Part shown: one piece after another, positions 34,647-45,399 of the stretch | How positions within the stretch are numbered: position 1 is the first letter of the stretch | Layout: each line of letters opens with the position of its first letter | IMG/VR virus record: IMGVR_UViG_3300025676_000014 | Span: 6,306-70,305 of that record | DNA length: 64,000 bases | Origin: a virus | Taxonomy: Duplodnaviria; Caudoviricetes | Reading direction: 5' to 3' (one strand) | The notes under the pieces: generated by a model | What the model was told of the DNA's origin: nothing | What the model saw: only the letters and a program-made list of their open reading frames with translations | The model's database searches: none | Made by a program: the position numbers and the translations under genes

Positions 34647-35744
34647 ATGTCAGAGTTAACTATAGAGCAAAGACATCTGGTAGCGTTGCAATTATGGCAG
34701 GAAAGAGAAGCAAACGATCAGGACCCCCCATCGCTAGCTGAATTAATCAGCGCAGCTTACCCAGGTAATTCTTCACTAGACGGCAGAAGCAAAGAGGCGC
34801 GAGAGCTTAAAGCGTATCTTGCCAAGTTCGGGGTCAAGGCGGACGGGGCTCATGTTTACCATCCCAAGGAAGCTCCCGAGCTAACAGAAGAGCACAAAGA
34901 GTTCATAAGCAACAATGCCTCTACCATGAACGCAACCCATTTGGGCAGAATCGTATTCGATGATCACACGCTAACACCCTTGCACGCTGAAGTCAGGGTG
35001 GTCAACGAGTACTTAAAGACCTTGCCTCAAGAAATAGTTCACCAAGATATTGAAGATATCCCAGAGCAGAGCCATACTCCCCCCAAGACATTTGATAAGA
35101 CCCTATTGCTGGCCAACAAATATATCCACGAAAAGATTGAGAAGAAAAAAATAACAGGGAGACAGAAGAAAGAAATCTCTACCCTTATGGGGTATGTGAA
35201 TACTTACAGGTTCATTCACCAAATCAATACATACGAAAGCAACAGTGACCGAGGCCTATTCGAATCAAGCTTTGTAAGATATACATATGACAAGCCAGAT
35301 TTGTCTCAAGAAGAGGTCGATCAGTACATCGTGCTGGCAACTGAAGTTGTTATCGGCTCTAGCATTCAGGCGCGCTCAGAGAGACTACAGCAATTGCTCG
35401 ACAACGCCGCTGAAGACTCGGAAGGAAGACGTTTGGCTATGGGGCTAGTTCAGGCAATTAGCTCAGCTCAAACCGAATATAATCAATGCGTAGGCCGTCA
35501 GCAAAAACTACTTGGAGACCTAAAGGAAAAGAGAAGCGACAAGCTGAAAAGCCAAATAAAGGAAAACGCGAGTCTCGTTCACCTAGTCCAGATGTGGAAA
35601 GAGGAAGAGTCTCGGAAAAAATTAATAGAACTAGCAGAATTAAGAAAAAAGTCTGTTAAGAAGGAGATTGAAAAGCTATCATCTATGGAAGAAGTTAAGG
35701 CTAGGATAATGGGAATAAGTGAAGACGAGGTATTAAATGGTTAA
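34647..35744 (+). CDS. helical/coiled-coil protein of the packaging module (function unknown)
   Basis: 365-aa ORF coupled between the sigma factor and the nuclease. Confidence 0.7.
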   Translation: MSELTIEQRHLVALQLWQEREANDQDPPSLAELISAAYPGNSSLDGRSKEARELKAYLAKFGVKADGAHVYHPKEAPELTEEHKEFISNNASTMNATHLGRIVFDDHTLTPLHAEVRVVNEYLKTLPQEIVHQDIEDIPEQSHTPPKTFDKTLLLANKYIHEKIEKKKITGRQKKEISTLMGYVNTYRFIHQINTYESNSDRGLFESSFVRYTYDKPDLSQEEVDQYIVLATEVVIGSSIQARSERLQQLLDNAAEDSEGRRLAMGLVQAISSAQTEYNQCVGRQQKLLGDLKEKRSDKLKSQIKENASLVHLVQMWKEEESRKKLIELAELRKKSVKKEIEKLSSMEEVKARIMGISEDEVLNG

Positions 35745-36675
35745 TTGTAAAGTTTGCGAAAAAGAATTTGAATCGGACAGAAAACTGCACGCACACATCA
35801 AGGCTCACGATATGCGCGTCGTGGAGTACTATCAGTCTCAGTACCCAAGGCACGACAAGCAGGACAAAAAAATAATTAAATTTAAATCCAAAGAGCAATA
35901 TTTCTCTAGCGACTTTAACACAAGAACGAACCTAAAGAAATGGATGTCCGAAGCTCCGAAGGAAGAGGCTAAGGCTTACTGTAAAGATTTGCTCCTAAAG
36001 CGCAAAGAGAAGAAGCAGCTGGAATATACCCCCGCCCAGGTCGAACTAAGAACATTGATTATCCCCCCAATTCAATGTTACAATGATTTATTTGGTGATT
36101 ACTACGAGTTGTGCGAAGAGCTTGGCTTTAAAAATAAACACGCTAACTCAGATAAGGTTATCCACGGCTCAGAACCCAGCAAGCCCAATTGTAAAATATA
36201 CATAGACACAAGAGAGAAAAAGCCATTAAACTTCAAAGGCATAGAAACCGAAGTCAGGACTTTAAAGTTTGGCGACTACGCTTTTAGCGACGAAGACATG
36301 TCTTGCAAGTGTTACATAGAGAGAAAGTCTGCGAGCGATTTCATCGGAACTCTCAGCGGTGGATACGACAGATTCTGTAGGGAGATCGAGCGTGCGGAGC
36401 AAGCGAATGCTGGTTTTGTAGTCCTCGTGGAAGAAACCCTCACCAACTGCTTGTCATTTAATTACTTACCTCACATTTACAAAAAAGGCACTAGGGTAAC
36501 ACCAGAATATCTATTCCACAACGTAAGAAAACTAGGGCAGACTTACCCCTTTATACAATTCTTATTTGTTAAGGGCAGAGTAAAGGCCGCAGAGACTGTC
36601 GAGAAAATTTTCACTTCTGGCTGCTTGTTTAAGGAGATTGATTTGCAGTTAGCGTATGACACGAAAAAACTATAA
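35737..36675 (+). CDS. C2H2 zinc finger plus ERCC4 (XPF/Mus81-type) nuclease domain protein
   Basis: CKVC...F.....LHAHIK.H; IYIDTREKKP, LKFGDY, IERKSASDFIGTL, RFCREIER. Confidence 0.8.
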   Translation: MVNCKVCEKEFESDRKLHAHIKAHDMRVVEYYQSQYPRHDKQDKKIIKFKSKEQYFSSDFNTRTNLKKWMSEAPKEEAKAYCKDLLLKRKEKKQLEYTPAQVELRTLIIPPIQCYNDLFGDYYELCEELGFKNKHANSDKVIHGSEPSKPNCKIYIDTREKKPLNFKGIETEVRTLKFGDYAFSDEDMSCKCYIERKSASDFIGTLSGGYDRFCREIERAEQANAGFVVLVEETLTNCLSFNYLPHIYKKGTRVTPEYLFHNVRKLGQTYPFIQFLFVKGRVKAAETVEKIFTSGCLFKEIDLQLAYDTKKL

Positions 36676-38495
36676 TGTGGTATAGCCCAAAAAAATACGA
36701 TAAAGAGTTCAAGAATCTCAATGAAGACTTTCTAGCGTTAAAGGGTGAGCTTGGAGATAAAGAAGCTAGGGTTTCTTTGGCTAAATTTCTCAGAGCCAAC
36801 TTGGGGTTTACTACTGAACTCATTTCTGGGATTAAGCTTGCAGCTTATCAGGAGGCCACCCTGAAGGGGTTGATGAATCGTAATTTTTCGATGTGCGTTT
36901 GGGGTCGCGGCTGCGGTAAGACTTTCATCGCTTCTGTATTCTGCTTCCTCCAATGTATATTCGAACCTGGCACTAAGATACTCATTGCTGGCCCGACGTT
37001 TCGTACTGCGAGGTTTATTTTCAACAACCTAGAGAAACTAGTAGACTCTAAGGGCGCAGAGCTTCTATCGCAATGCTTCGACGCAAAGTCCAAACGCAAT
37101 GATCAATTTGAATGGAGCATAAACGGAGGAACCATTACGGCAATCCCCCTTAATGGTGAAAAAATTAGAGGCTTCCGCGCCAACGTTCTTGTGCTCGATG
37201 AGTATCTACTGCTTCCAGAGGATATTATCAAAACCGTCCTCATGCCTTTCTTGGTCGCCCCCCAAAACATGAAAGAAAGATTGGAGATAAGAGAAATAGA
37301 GAACAGGCTCATAGACGAGGGCAACATGAAGGAGGAGGATAGAATCAAATTCGAAAATAACTCTAAAATGATAGCCTTATCTTCTGCTAGCTATACTTTC
37401 GAGAATTTATTTAAAACCTACAAAGAGTGGATGGAGAAAATCTACAGCAAAGATAAACTAGACGCTTCTTACTTCATCTCCCAGATGGGATACGAGGCTT
37501 TGCCCGAAGAGATGATCGATCCAACTATCATCGAGGAAGCTCAAAGCGGGGGAGTATCGAATTCGTCTTTCCAAAGGGAATATTGCGCTCAGTTTACGGA
37601 CGGTAGCGACTCCTACTTTAGCGCCAAGAAAATGCATTTGTGTACAGTGCCAGATGGAGACGAGCCCTCTCTGAGATTGTCTTCAGGCGGGGCTAAGTAT
37701 ATAATTGCAATTGACCCCTCCTTCTCCAACAGCCCTAGTTCAGATTACTTTGCCATGACTGTCATGGAATTAGACGAAGAGAACAAAACCGCCACCCTTG
37801 TCCATAGTTACGCGGTTGCTGGTGGAGACTTAAAGGATCACATAGCTTATATGGATTACCTAACTGAGTCCTTTGACCCAGAAATGATAGTTATCGATAA
37901 TGCTGGTTATCAGTTTTTGGATAGCTGTAATGAAAACCACAAGTTCAAAAAGAAGCCGATGAAGTTCATTGACTTCAACAGCGACTCGGAAGGGAACGAT
38001 TACATAAAGATGCTGCAAACCGCCAAAAGGCAATACAATAAAGAAATGGGCTTTATTTGTTTTAAGCAGGTATTTACCACTAATTTTATAAGAAACGCAA
38101 ACGAGCATCTGCAAGCCTGTATCGATCACAAGAGGGTTTGGTTTGGCTCTAGGATATCGCCCAACCCCACGGCTTTCCAAAGGGAGTCCAGCAAGAGGCT
38201 TAATATAAAGTACCCCAACGGGGAATCTATCCTAGACTTGATAGAGACTCAGGACGACTTGGTTTATCAGACTAAAAAACAGTGCGCCTTATTAGAGGTC
38301 AATTCTACCGCTAGAGGAACTCAAACGTTTGATCTGCCCCAACACTTAAAGAGGAACACCTCAGCAAATAGGGCCAGAAAAGATAATTATACCACCTTAA
38401 TGCTTGGCAACTGGGCGGTTAAGTGTTATTATGATATGATGGATTTGGGCGAAATCAAAGCAAATTCGACTTTCTCGCCCATGATGATACAATAA
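36675..38495 (+). CDS. terL: terminase large subunit
   Basis: Walker A WGRGCGKT, IRGFRANVLVLDE (Walker B), coupling motif LSSA, RNase H-like IAIDPS...SDYFA. Confidence 0.9.
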   Translation: MWYSPKKYDKEFKNLNEDFLALKGELGDKEARVSLAKFLRANLGFTTELISGIKLAAYQEATLKGLMNRNFSMCVWGRGCGKTFIASVFCFLQCIFEPGTKILIAGPTFRTARFIFNNLEKLVDSKGAELLSQCFDAKSKRNDQFEWSINGGTITAIPLNGEKIRGFRANVLVLDEYLLLPEDIIKTVLMPFLVAPQNMKERLEIREIENRLIDEGNMKEEDRIKFENNSKMIALSSASYTFENLFKTYKEWMEKIYSKDKLDASYFISQMGYEALPEEMIDPTIIEEAQSGGVSNSSFQREYCAQFTDGSDSYFSAKKMHLCTVPDGDEPSLRLSSGGAKYIIAIDPSFSNSPSSDYFAMTVMELDEENKTATLVHSYAVAGGDLKDHIAYMDYLTESFDPEMIVIDNAGYQFLDSCNENHKFKKKPMKFIDFNSDSEGNDYIKMLQTAKRQYNKEMGFICFKQVFTTNFIRNANEHLQACIDHKRVWFGSRISPNPTAFQRESSKRLNIKYPNGESILDLIETQDDLVYQTKKQCALLEVNSTARGTQTFDLPQHLKRNTSANRARKDNYTTLMLGNWAVKCYYDMMDLGEIKANSTFSPMMIQ

Positions 38496-38515
38496 TTGTG
38501 TAACTCAAAACAGCA

Positions 38516-40417
38516 ATGACAGGCAAAAGGAAAAGTAAAAAAGAAGAGGAACAAGCTGTACCGTTGATGGTATCCGAAGCTTCTGAATCCTTCGCTAGCA
38601 CCACAAGCACCACCACAGTGCCAACCAGAAGAAATGTGTCTGGCAACATCCCGAGAACGGACAGGTACAAAAACATAAACGACGGGCTTATCCCTTACAA
38701 GTTCACCCCAGGCGTGGGAGGAAACAAGTCCAACATTGACGTAAGAGACGCTGTTATCCTGTGTCAAAAAGCTTATTATAATTTCGCAGCGTTTAGGAAT
38801 GTGATCGATTTGATGACTGAGTTTTCGATCAGCGATCTTTATTTCAAGGGGGGAACCAAAAAGGCTAGAGATTTTTTCAGTGCTTTATTTAAGAAGCTTA
38901 ATGTACTTGGTTTTCAGGATAGATTCTTTAGAGAGTATTATCGCTCTGGAAATGTATTTGTTTACAGGTTCGACGGAAAGCTCAAGAACGAAGACGCTTT
39001 GAAAATCACCCAGATGTACGGCGCGAAGGAATTAAGCGACAAGATTCTTCCCGCTAGATACATGATCCTCAACCCTGCCGACGTTCAGCTTACTGGTTCA
39101 GCAGCTTTTTGGAATGGTAACTATTATAAAATCTTTTCAGATTACGAGCTGGCTAGACTCCAAAACCCACAGACCGAAGAAGACAAGGAAATTTTAAGAT
39201 CGCTCGATCCTGAATCCAGAGCCTTGATCAGCAAAAACAAAAAGTCAAAAATTATATTGATGAGGCTTGATCCAGACAAAGTTAAACCCGTCTTTTACAA
39301 GAAGCAGGATTACGAGCCATTTTCCGTCCCACTAGGCTTTCCTGTTCTTGAGGATATCAACTACAAGGCTGAGTTGAAAAAAATGGACATGGCAATTGCT
39401 CGCACAATGCAGCAAGCCATACTGCTCGTCACTATGGGGTCTGAGCCAGAAAAGGGCGGCGTTAACCAAAAGAACCTAGAAGCGATGCAGACTCTTTTTC
39501 AAAATCAGTCTGTAGGCAGGGTTCTTATCGCTGATTATACCACCAAGGCCGAGTTTGTTATTCCCAACATTGGCTCCCTATTAGACTCTAAAAAGTACGA
39601 AGTTGTAGACAGAGATATCCAACTTGGGTTGAACAATATTTTAGTTGGCGAAAGCACTTTCGCAAACCAGAATGCAAAGATTGATTTATTCATAGCGAGG
39701 CTTCAACAGGCGAGAAGTTCTTTCATGGAAGAATTTTTAATTCCTGAAATCAAACGAATCTCGAAGACGATGGGCTTCAAAAGTTATCCAACCCCCTACT
39801 TCGACAGGATCTCCCTTCAGGACGATACGAATATGCTTCGTATTTACAACAGGCTTATCGAGCTTGGCATCCTAACCGCCGAAGAAGGTCTTGAGGCTAT
39901 CGATACAGGCAGACTTCCAGATAAAGAAATGTCTCTCAAGTCTCAAAAAGAATTTAAAGAACTCAGAAAGCAGGGTTACTACGAACCCTTGATTGGCGGA
40001 AAGAATCAGGCTGAAATGAGCGAGACAAAAGAAGCTGGTAGGCCAGAGGGCGAAGGCGCGCCTACTCCAGAGCAAAACCCAGCGGGCAAAGGCGAACAGT
40101 CAAAGGCTGAATTCAGCTTGACAAAAGTAACTGACAATTTAACTAAAGCTTCCAAGTTGTTCAAAATGGTTGAAGCATCTCTACGCAAAAAACACAAAAT
40201 CAAAAGACTCACCAAAGTTCAAAAGCAAGTAGCGGAGGAGATTGGCTCCGTTATCATCGCTAACGAAGACCCCTCCGACTGGGAGGGTAAGATAAATGAT
40301 TACGTGAAAAAGCCTGTGGATCGCAACCCAGAAAGAATAGCCGAAGTTAGAGAGATAGCTGCAAAACATCAGGTAGATGATTATCTAGCCAGCATTCTCT
40401 TTATAAGCAAGGCTTAA
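38516..40417 (+). CDS. portal protein
   Basis: Directly after terL, 633 aa; YY....FRNVID.M.EF and FF.EYY.SGNVF portal-like segments. Confidence 0.7.
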   Translation: MTGKRKSKKEEEQAVPLMVSEASESFASTTSTTTVPTRRNVSGNIPRTDRYKNINDGLIPYKFTPGVGGNKSNIDVRDAVILCQKAYYNFAAFRNVIDLMTEFSISDLYFKGGTKKARDFFSALFKKLNVLGFQDRFFREYYRSGNVFVYRFDGKLKNEDALKITQMYGAKELSDKILPARYMILNPADVQLTGSAAFWNGNYYKIFSDYELARLQNPQTEEDKEILRSLDPESRALISKNKKSKIILMRLDPDKVKPVFYKKQDYEPFSVPLGFPVLEDINYKAELKKMDMAIARTMQQAILLVTMGSEPEKGGVNQKNLEAMQTLFQNQSVGRVLIADYTTKAEFVIPNIGSLLDSKKYEVVDRDIQLGLNNILVGESTFANQNAKIDLFIARLQQARSSFMEEFLIPEIKRISKTMGFKSYPTPYFDRISLQDDTNMLRIYNRLIELGILTAEEGLEAIDTGRLPDKEMSLKSQKEFKELRKQGYYEPLIGGKNQAEMSETKEAGRPEGEGAPTPEQNPAGKGEQSKAEFSLTKVTDNLTKASKLFKMVEASLRKKHKIKRLTKVQKQVAEEIGSVIIANEDPSDWEGKINDYVKKPVDRNPERIAEVREIAAKHQVDDYLASILFISKA

Positions 40418-40428
40418 GGTTGTGATGT

Positions 40429-42180
40429 ATGGCAAACAGAATTATATACAACGCCCAAGATTTATTCTTTGGGTTAGCTAGCGGGGCAAGCAATTACCCC
40501 GTTGTAACTGGTACTCTTTCCGACAGCAACACTGGCACTTTCGAAGTTCTCAAGAGAATTCATCGCGTACAAAGTTTCGGTTACGACATAACCACCAATA
40601 GGGAAGACATAGGCTTAATCGGTAAGTCTGCCTTTGATTCTCAAACTCTCTCCTCTCCCCCAGATGTAAATGGTACAATTTCTTATTTTTTAGAAGGCCT
40701 AAACAACGAGAAGAAAATGGGCTTTAATGTCATGACGAGTGGGTCGTCAAGCTCGCCCAATAAAGAATTTACTTATGACTTCTTAGGTGGAAATAAGAGG
40801 CAGAATGTATACCTAGCGGTAAACAAGTCAGGCACAGACGTAAGAACAACTCCAGCATTTAGCCCCGCTGAAATCCCCGACCTGATCTCATCTGGCAGGG
40901 CAAACGAAATGGCAACCCCAAATATAAATGATTTGGGACTGTTGATTTTCCAGAACGTTTATATCAACAACTACGCTTTAGACATTACCGTTGGTAACTA
41001 CCCCAAAGTAGACGTCGGGTTTGCCGCTGACAACGTTATCTTCGTTGGCTCTGGCTCTGGGATAATGACCCCCTATATAAACTCAAAAGACGCAGAGGTC
41101 GAATACGGAGATAAAGAAATACTTATACCGAAGAACTACGATAGGACCAACCCGAATTTTGACGTTCATCACACTTTCAGGCCCAGCGATGTAGTCGTAA
41201 CAGTCTCCAAAAGAGCCGCTAAGGAAGATATCTTGATTGAGAACGACATGGAAAGCTCCACCGACTTTGCTGGCTTTCACGGGGCCACAGTAGCTTTAAC
41301 TTCTTCTGAGCAATATCAAGGCTTGCAGTCTTTGCAGGTTAATCAAGCTTCTTCAATTCACGCAAACGGTAATTATGGCGGGGCCTACGCAACTGTGCCA
41401 GTTGAGAAAATGGTTGTGGGAGAGTATTATACTTACGAATTTTACGTTAAGGCTAACACAAGCAAACCAGAAGGAGAACTGCTTCAGGTAAGTCAAGATG
41501 GAATTCCGAACACTTTTAATTTGAGTCAGTTTATAGGTAATGCTTGGACCAAGATACAAATCAGGAAAAAACTTACATCCGCCCCCAATACCGCAAGCAA
41601 AGCCTTTAACATTTTCTTTCCCTCCGCTCAGGGGTTGGTTTTTTGGGTTGATTCGTTTAAGGTTTATAAAGATGCGGAAAATGAGCCCATCCTTTTCTAC
41701 AAGGACATCTTCCAATCAATGAAGTTAAACATCCCGATGAATAGGGAAAATCTTTCCTGCATTGGGCACAAGTATTACGCAGACAGAAACCTCACTCTGC
41801 CGCTTAAATCTACTCTGACCATAGACATGATCGAAAGCGGAGCAAACTACCAGCTATCGGGAAACTTTTTAGATAACTTAAGGAGAGATGAAGATTACGA
41901 CGTTTCTTTAGCCTTTATGGATGGCAACGGCAACCAAGGCATGAAGTATAACATCTTCGGGGCAAAATTTAACGGGGCAGCGTACAGTTCAGATATAGGA
42001 AGTAATAAAACTATTTCTACTACTTTTACTATGTCTAATGATTACGATTACGCTAGAAGTGTAATAGCTGCTGAAGGTCAAGGGCTGTTTATCCTTGATT
42101 ACTTGGTTGATGATAATTTAAATTTACTTACCACAGATGGGGGAGACTACTTCTCCGACGACATACCACACCTGTTTTAA
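40429..42180 (+). CDS. tail tube-like structural protein with an inserted carbohydrate-binding-like domain
   Basis: MANRIIY....F; RVQSFGY....NREDI..IG; internal jelly-roll-like segment (YTYEFYVKA...WTKIQ...FWVDSFKV). Confidence 0.5.
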   Translation: MANRIIYNAQDLFFGLASGASNYPVVTGTLSDSNTGTFEVLKRIHRVQSFGYDITTNREDIGLIGKSAFDSQTLSSPPDVNGTISYFLEGLNNEKKMGFNVMTSGSSSSPNKEFTYDFLGGNKRQNVYLAVNKSGTDVRTTPAFSPAEIPDLISSGRANEMATPNINDLGLLIFQNVYINNYALDITVGNYPKVDVGFAADNVIFVGSGSGIMTPYINSKDAEVEYGDKEILIPKNYDRTNPNFDVHHTFRPSDVVVTVSKRAAKEDILIENDMESSTDFAGFHGATVALTSSEQYQGLQSLQVNQASSIHANGNYGGAYATVPVEKMVVGEYYTYEFYVKANTSKPEGELLQVSQDGIPNTFNLSQFIGNAWTKIQIRKKLTSAPNTASKAFNIFFPSAQGLVFWVDSFKVYKDAENEPILFYKDIFQSMKLNIPMNRENLSCIGHKYYADRNLTLPLKSTLTIDMIESGANYQLSGNFLDNLRRDEDYDVSLAFMDGNGNQGMKYNIFGAKFNGAAYSSDIGSNKTISTTFTMSNDYDYARSVIAAEGQGLFILDYLVDDNLNLLTTDGGDYFSDDIPHLF

Positions 42181-45113
42181 TGCCCACTAAAATTAGAAAT
42201 GTAGAATTGTTAACGCTCGCTCGAAGCGACGCGGGTACTCCTGTATTGGGGCATGTGGGTGTGGGTATTGACGCTAATTTAATTCAAGATTTCGAAATGG
42301 GTCTTTCGAGGGCTGGCTCTGCTGCTCAATTTAATTTAGCTCTTAACGTAGAAGGAGCCACGACTAACACCGCTCACTACGGTGGCATTGCGTTTACTCA
42401 GGGAGCAAGTGCTGACACAATCATGGCTTCTATCAAGGCGGTTAATACTAGTGTTGATGGTTATATTGATTTGTCTTTTAATACTAGAAGCGTAACCAAT
42501 GTATTATATATCAAAGCTGACGGTAAAGTTGGGGTGAAAAAAATACCTACGACTTATGCTTTAGAGGTAGATGGGGACGTTCAAGCTACAAACTTCAGAG
42601 GGGCGTTCATTGGCGATCTTACTGGAAACGTAACAGGCACTGTTTCAACTTTGTCAAATCACGACACAGATGATTTATCAGAGGGCTCTAGTAATTTATA
42701 CTTTACAAACGAAAGGGCTCAAGACGCTATTGGGACTATGCTTTCTGGTAACACAGAAACACTTATTACCGTAACCTATGATGATAGCAATAATGAGATT
42801 GATTTTGTTGTAGATAACGATTTATCGAATTACTCAAATACTAGTTCAGCTTTTATAACCTTAAGTAGCATCTCGGTAACAGATAGTGGTGGAGATGGCT
42901 CTCTTGCTTACAATAACTCAACAGGCGTTATAACTTACGCTGGTCCTTCCGCTTCTGATGTTAGGGCTCACTTTTCTGCGGGAACTGGAATAGGCATAAG
43001 TAGTGGAGAAATTTCTATCGGTCAAGCGGTAGCTACAGGCAGTAATGTAGTATTTAATCAAGTAACCGCAGCTTTAGTTGGTAATGCGAGTACAGCTACA
43101 ACTTTAGAAACCGCAAGAAACATAGTCGTAGGAAAATCCGTCGCAGGGGCTGGCGACATTGACGCTATTACTCAATCATTCAATGGCGGTGCAAACATTA
43201 GTTTTGACTCAACACTTAATTCTCATTTACCCGCCGATCTTAGAGGAACCACTAGCGACAATATAGCCGACGAGCCTAGCAATAACGCTGTTAAAATTAT
43301 TGGCAGTGACATTAATACGCCAAGATTAAAAATCAACAGACAAGGCTTGATAGTAGGGTTTGAAGAAGTGGCTACTTCGGGTGGTGGTGGATCAGGTGGA
43401 ATTTCAGCTTTAACACTAACCACAAATGGACTGCTGTACTTAAACGCGGGTCTTACTACTCAAACTGAAACTACGAGCACTTCAACTCCAACTTTAAATT
43501 TATATTTAAAATCCGCTGGTCTCTTTACAGCCTTAACAGAGTCAGGCGGTACAATGTCGGTGACAGTCGGCGGCACAACTAAAACACTTGCGTTACCAAA
43601 TGCATCTTTCACTCAGTTTCAAAGAATTAGCTCGACGCAACTCCAAGCCACTGTTGGAACAACGCAGCTAACAGCCGATCTTTCTGGAGCCTCAGTGGCC
43701 AACGCCACGAACGCCACAAACGCAGCTAACGTTGCTATCGCTGCCAACGCGACAGACTCGGCTAGATATCTTACTTTCGTTACGGGCAGCTCTGGGAATC
43801 TTCCGTTGTTGATGGATACGGGTATAACGTACAACCCAAGTTCAAACACTTTAGCTACAACCAATTTTGTTGGAGCTCTGAGTGGTAACGCTACTACATC
43901 CAGCGGACTGCTGATTGGCTCAACTACTTATTTGCCGTCTACGAGTGCAACTAGCACTAACAACTTAGTCGCAAGAAATGCCAGCAGCCAAGTTCACATT
44001 AAAGAGTTGGTGTTAAGCGACAACACAACAAGCTCCAGCTTGAGTATGTTCATAGGCAAGATTTCAGGCAGTGATATTTTGCATGAGTTTTCAGGGGGTC
44101 AAGCGCTAGCCTTGCTGGGGATAAATACTATTTTCACGGGCAATGGGCCTTACGCCATAAGCGTAACTGGCAACGCTGCTACTGCGACCACAGCGGCAGC
44201 TTGTTCTGGAAATGCGGCGACAGCAACTGTCGCTGCAAGCACAACGAAAGTCGTGGCCGCTGCTAACGCCACCAACGCTGACCAATATGTAGCTTTCCTA
44301 GACAACGCTAATACAACCGCCCAGCAGGTCTTGTATGACGCGGGGATTACGTACAACCCAAGCTCAAACACTTTATCTACAACCACTTTCGCTGGGGCTC
44401 TCAGCGGAAACGCCTCATCAGCTACGGGGCTTGTGTGGAGCGGTGCAACTAGGTCCCCAAGCTCTGCCGCAACAGCAAATACAATAGCCGTTAGGGGATC
44501 GGGGGGAGCCTTAACAATCGCTGGTCTAACATGCACTACTGTTGGGGCGACAACGATGAGTGCTCAGAGCTTGGAATTGACCAATCAAGGCACGGGAACT
44601 AACTTCTCTCTGAAAGTGCATAACATCGTACCGAAGGGGACGCTAGCTACGTTTGGGTCTGGCTCGCTTTTAATAAATTACGTATCTGATAGCTCAATAG
44701 GCGACCACGATAACGCGTCGGTAGGCGCTTTCGCCCGAATTGACGCTTACAGAGTGTACAGCATGTCCACTCTAGCTTATTCTGACAGAAGACTAAAGGA
44801 AAATATTTCCCCATTCGAACTGGGGTTAGATTTCGTAAGACTGTTAGAGCCGAAAAGCTACAACAGGATCGGATCGAAAACCCCAAGAAAATATTACGGA
44901 GCCATTGCTCAAGAAGTAGCAGAAGTGATGAAGGAGATTGGAATAGAAGACGAATCTATGATTTCAATCAGAGGACATCATGAGAAAACAGAAGAAGAAC
45001 GAGAACAGGCCGTTAAAACTTACGACCCCCAACAAATCATGTGGGTTCTCTTCAACGCTGTGAAACAATTGGATGCAGAAGTCCAAGACCTCAAAAAAGA
45101 ATTAAAAAAATAA
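42180..45113 (+). CDS. tail fibre/spike with C-terminal S74 intramolecular chaperone
   Basis: Repeated GNAxTAT and ITYNPSSNTL.TT.F.GALSGNA units; SDRRLKENI...L.PKSY...YGAIAQEV and terminal coiled coil. Confidence 0.85.
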   Translation: MPTKIRNVELLTLARSDAGTPVLGHVGVGIDANLIQDFEMGLSRAGSAAQFNLALNVEGATTNTAHYGGIAFTQGASADTIMASIKAVNTSVDGYIDLSFNTRSVTNVLYIKADGKVGVKKIPTTYALEVDGDVQATNFRGAFIGDLTGNVTGTVSTLSNHDTDDLSEGSSNLYFTNERAQDAIGTMLSGNTETLITVTYDDSNNEIDFVVDNDLSNYSNTSSAFITLSSISVTDSGGDGSLAYNNSTGVITYAGPSASDVRAHFSAGTGIGISSGEISIGQAVATGSNVVFNQVTAALVGNASTATTLETARNIVVGKSVAGAGDIDAITQSFNGGANISFDSTLNSHLPADLRGTTSDNIADEPSNNAVKIIGSDINTPRLKINRQGLIVGFEEVATSGGGGSGGISALTLTTNGLLYLNAGLTTQTETTSTSTPTLNLYLKSAGLFTALTESGGTMSVTVGGTTKTLALPNASFTQFQRISSTQLQATVGTTQLTADLSGASVANATNATNAANVAIAANATDSARYLTFVTGSSGNLPLLMDTGITYNPSSNTLATTNFVGALSGNATTSSGLLIGSTTYLPSTSATSTNNLVARNASSQVHIKELVLSDNTTSSSLSMFIGKISGSDILHEFSGGQALALLGINTIFTGNGPYAISVTGNAATATTAAACSGNAATATVAASTTKVVAAANATNADQYVAFLDNANTTAQQVLYDAGITYNPSSNTLSTTTFAGALSGNASSATGLVWSGATRSPSSAATANTIAVRGSGGALTIAGLTCTTVGATTMSAQSLELTNQGTGTNFSLKVHNIVPKGTLATFGSGSLLINYVSDSSIGDHDNASVGAFARIDAYRVYSMSTLAYSDRRLKENISPFELGLDFVRLLEPKSYNRIGSKTPRKYYGAIAQEVAEVMKEIGIEDESMISIRGHHEKTEEEREQAVKTYDPQQIMWVLFNAVKQLDAEVQDLKKELKK

Positions 45114-45151
45114 TTTGCTTTTTCGGAGCCTACTTGTTATACTAAATAACA

Positions 45152-45334
45152 ATGAGTGAAGAAAATCAAAACCCCGAACAAACTAATGCGGAAGCGCCCA
45201 AAGACCTGACTCTTGAGCAGTCATTCAATTTGCTGGTTAATTTAGCCAGACAATCCAAGCTAACTTATGAAGAGCACGCTCTAGTGGACAAGTCTGTGCA
45301 GAAATTAGCCGAAGAGCTTAATGTCGGCGGTTGA
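45152..45334 (+). CDS. small hypothetical protein (possible fibre chaperone)
   Basis: 60-aa helical ORF after the fibre gene. Confidence 0.55.
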   Translation: MSEENQNPEQTNAEAPKDLTLEQSFNLLVNLARQSKLTYEEHALVDKSVQKLAEELNVGG

Positions 45335-45354
45335 TCATAAATATCCATAAATAA

Positions 45355-45385
45355 GAATTGAGCGCCTTTTGGCGCTCTTTTTTTT
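45355..45385 (+). terminator. intrinsic terminator
   Basis: GAGCGCC-TTTT-GGCGCTC followed by a T-run. Confidence 0.8.
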
Positions 45386-45399
45386 GTGTAAATAACTTT

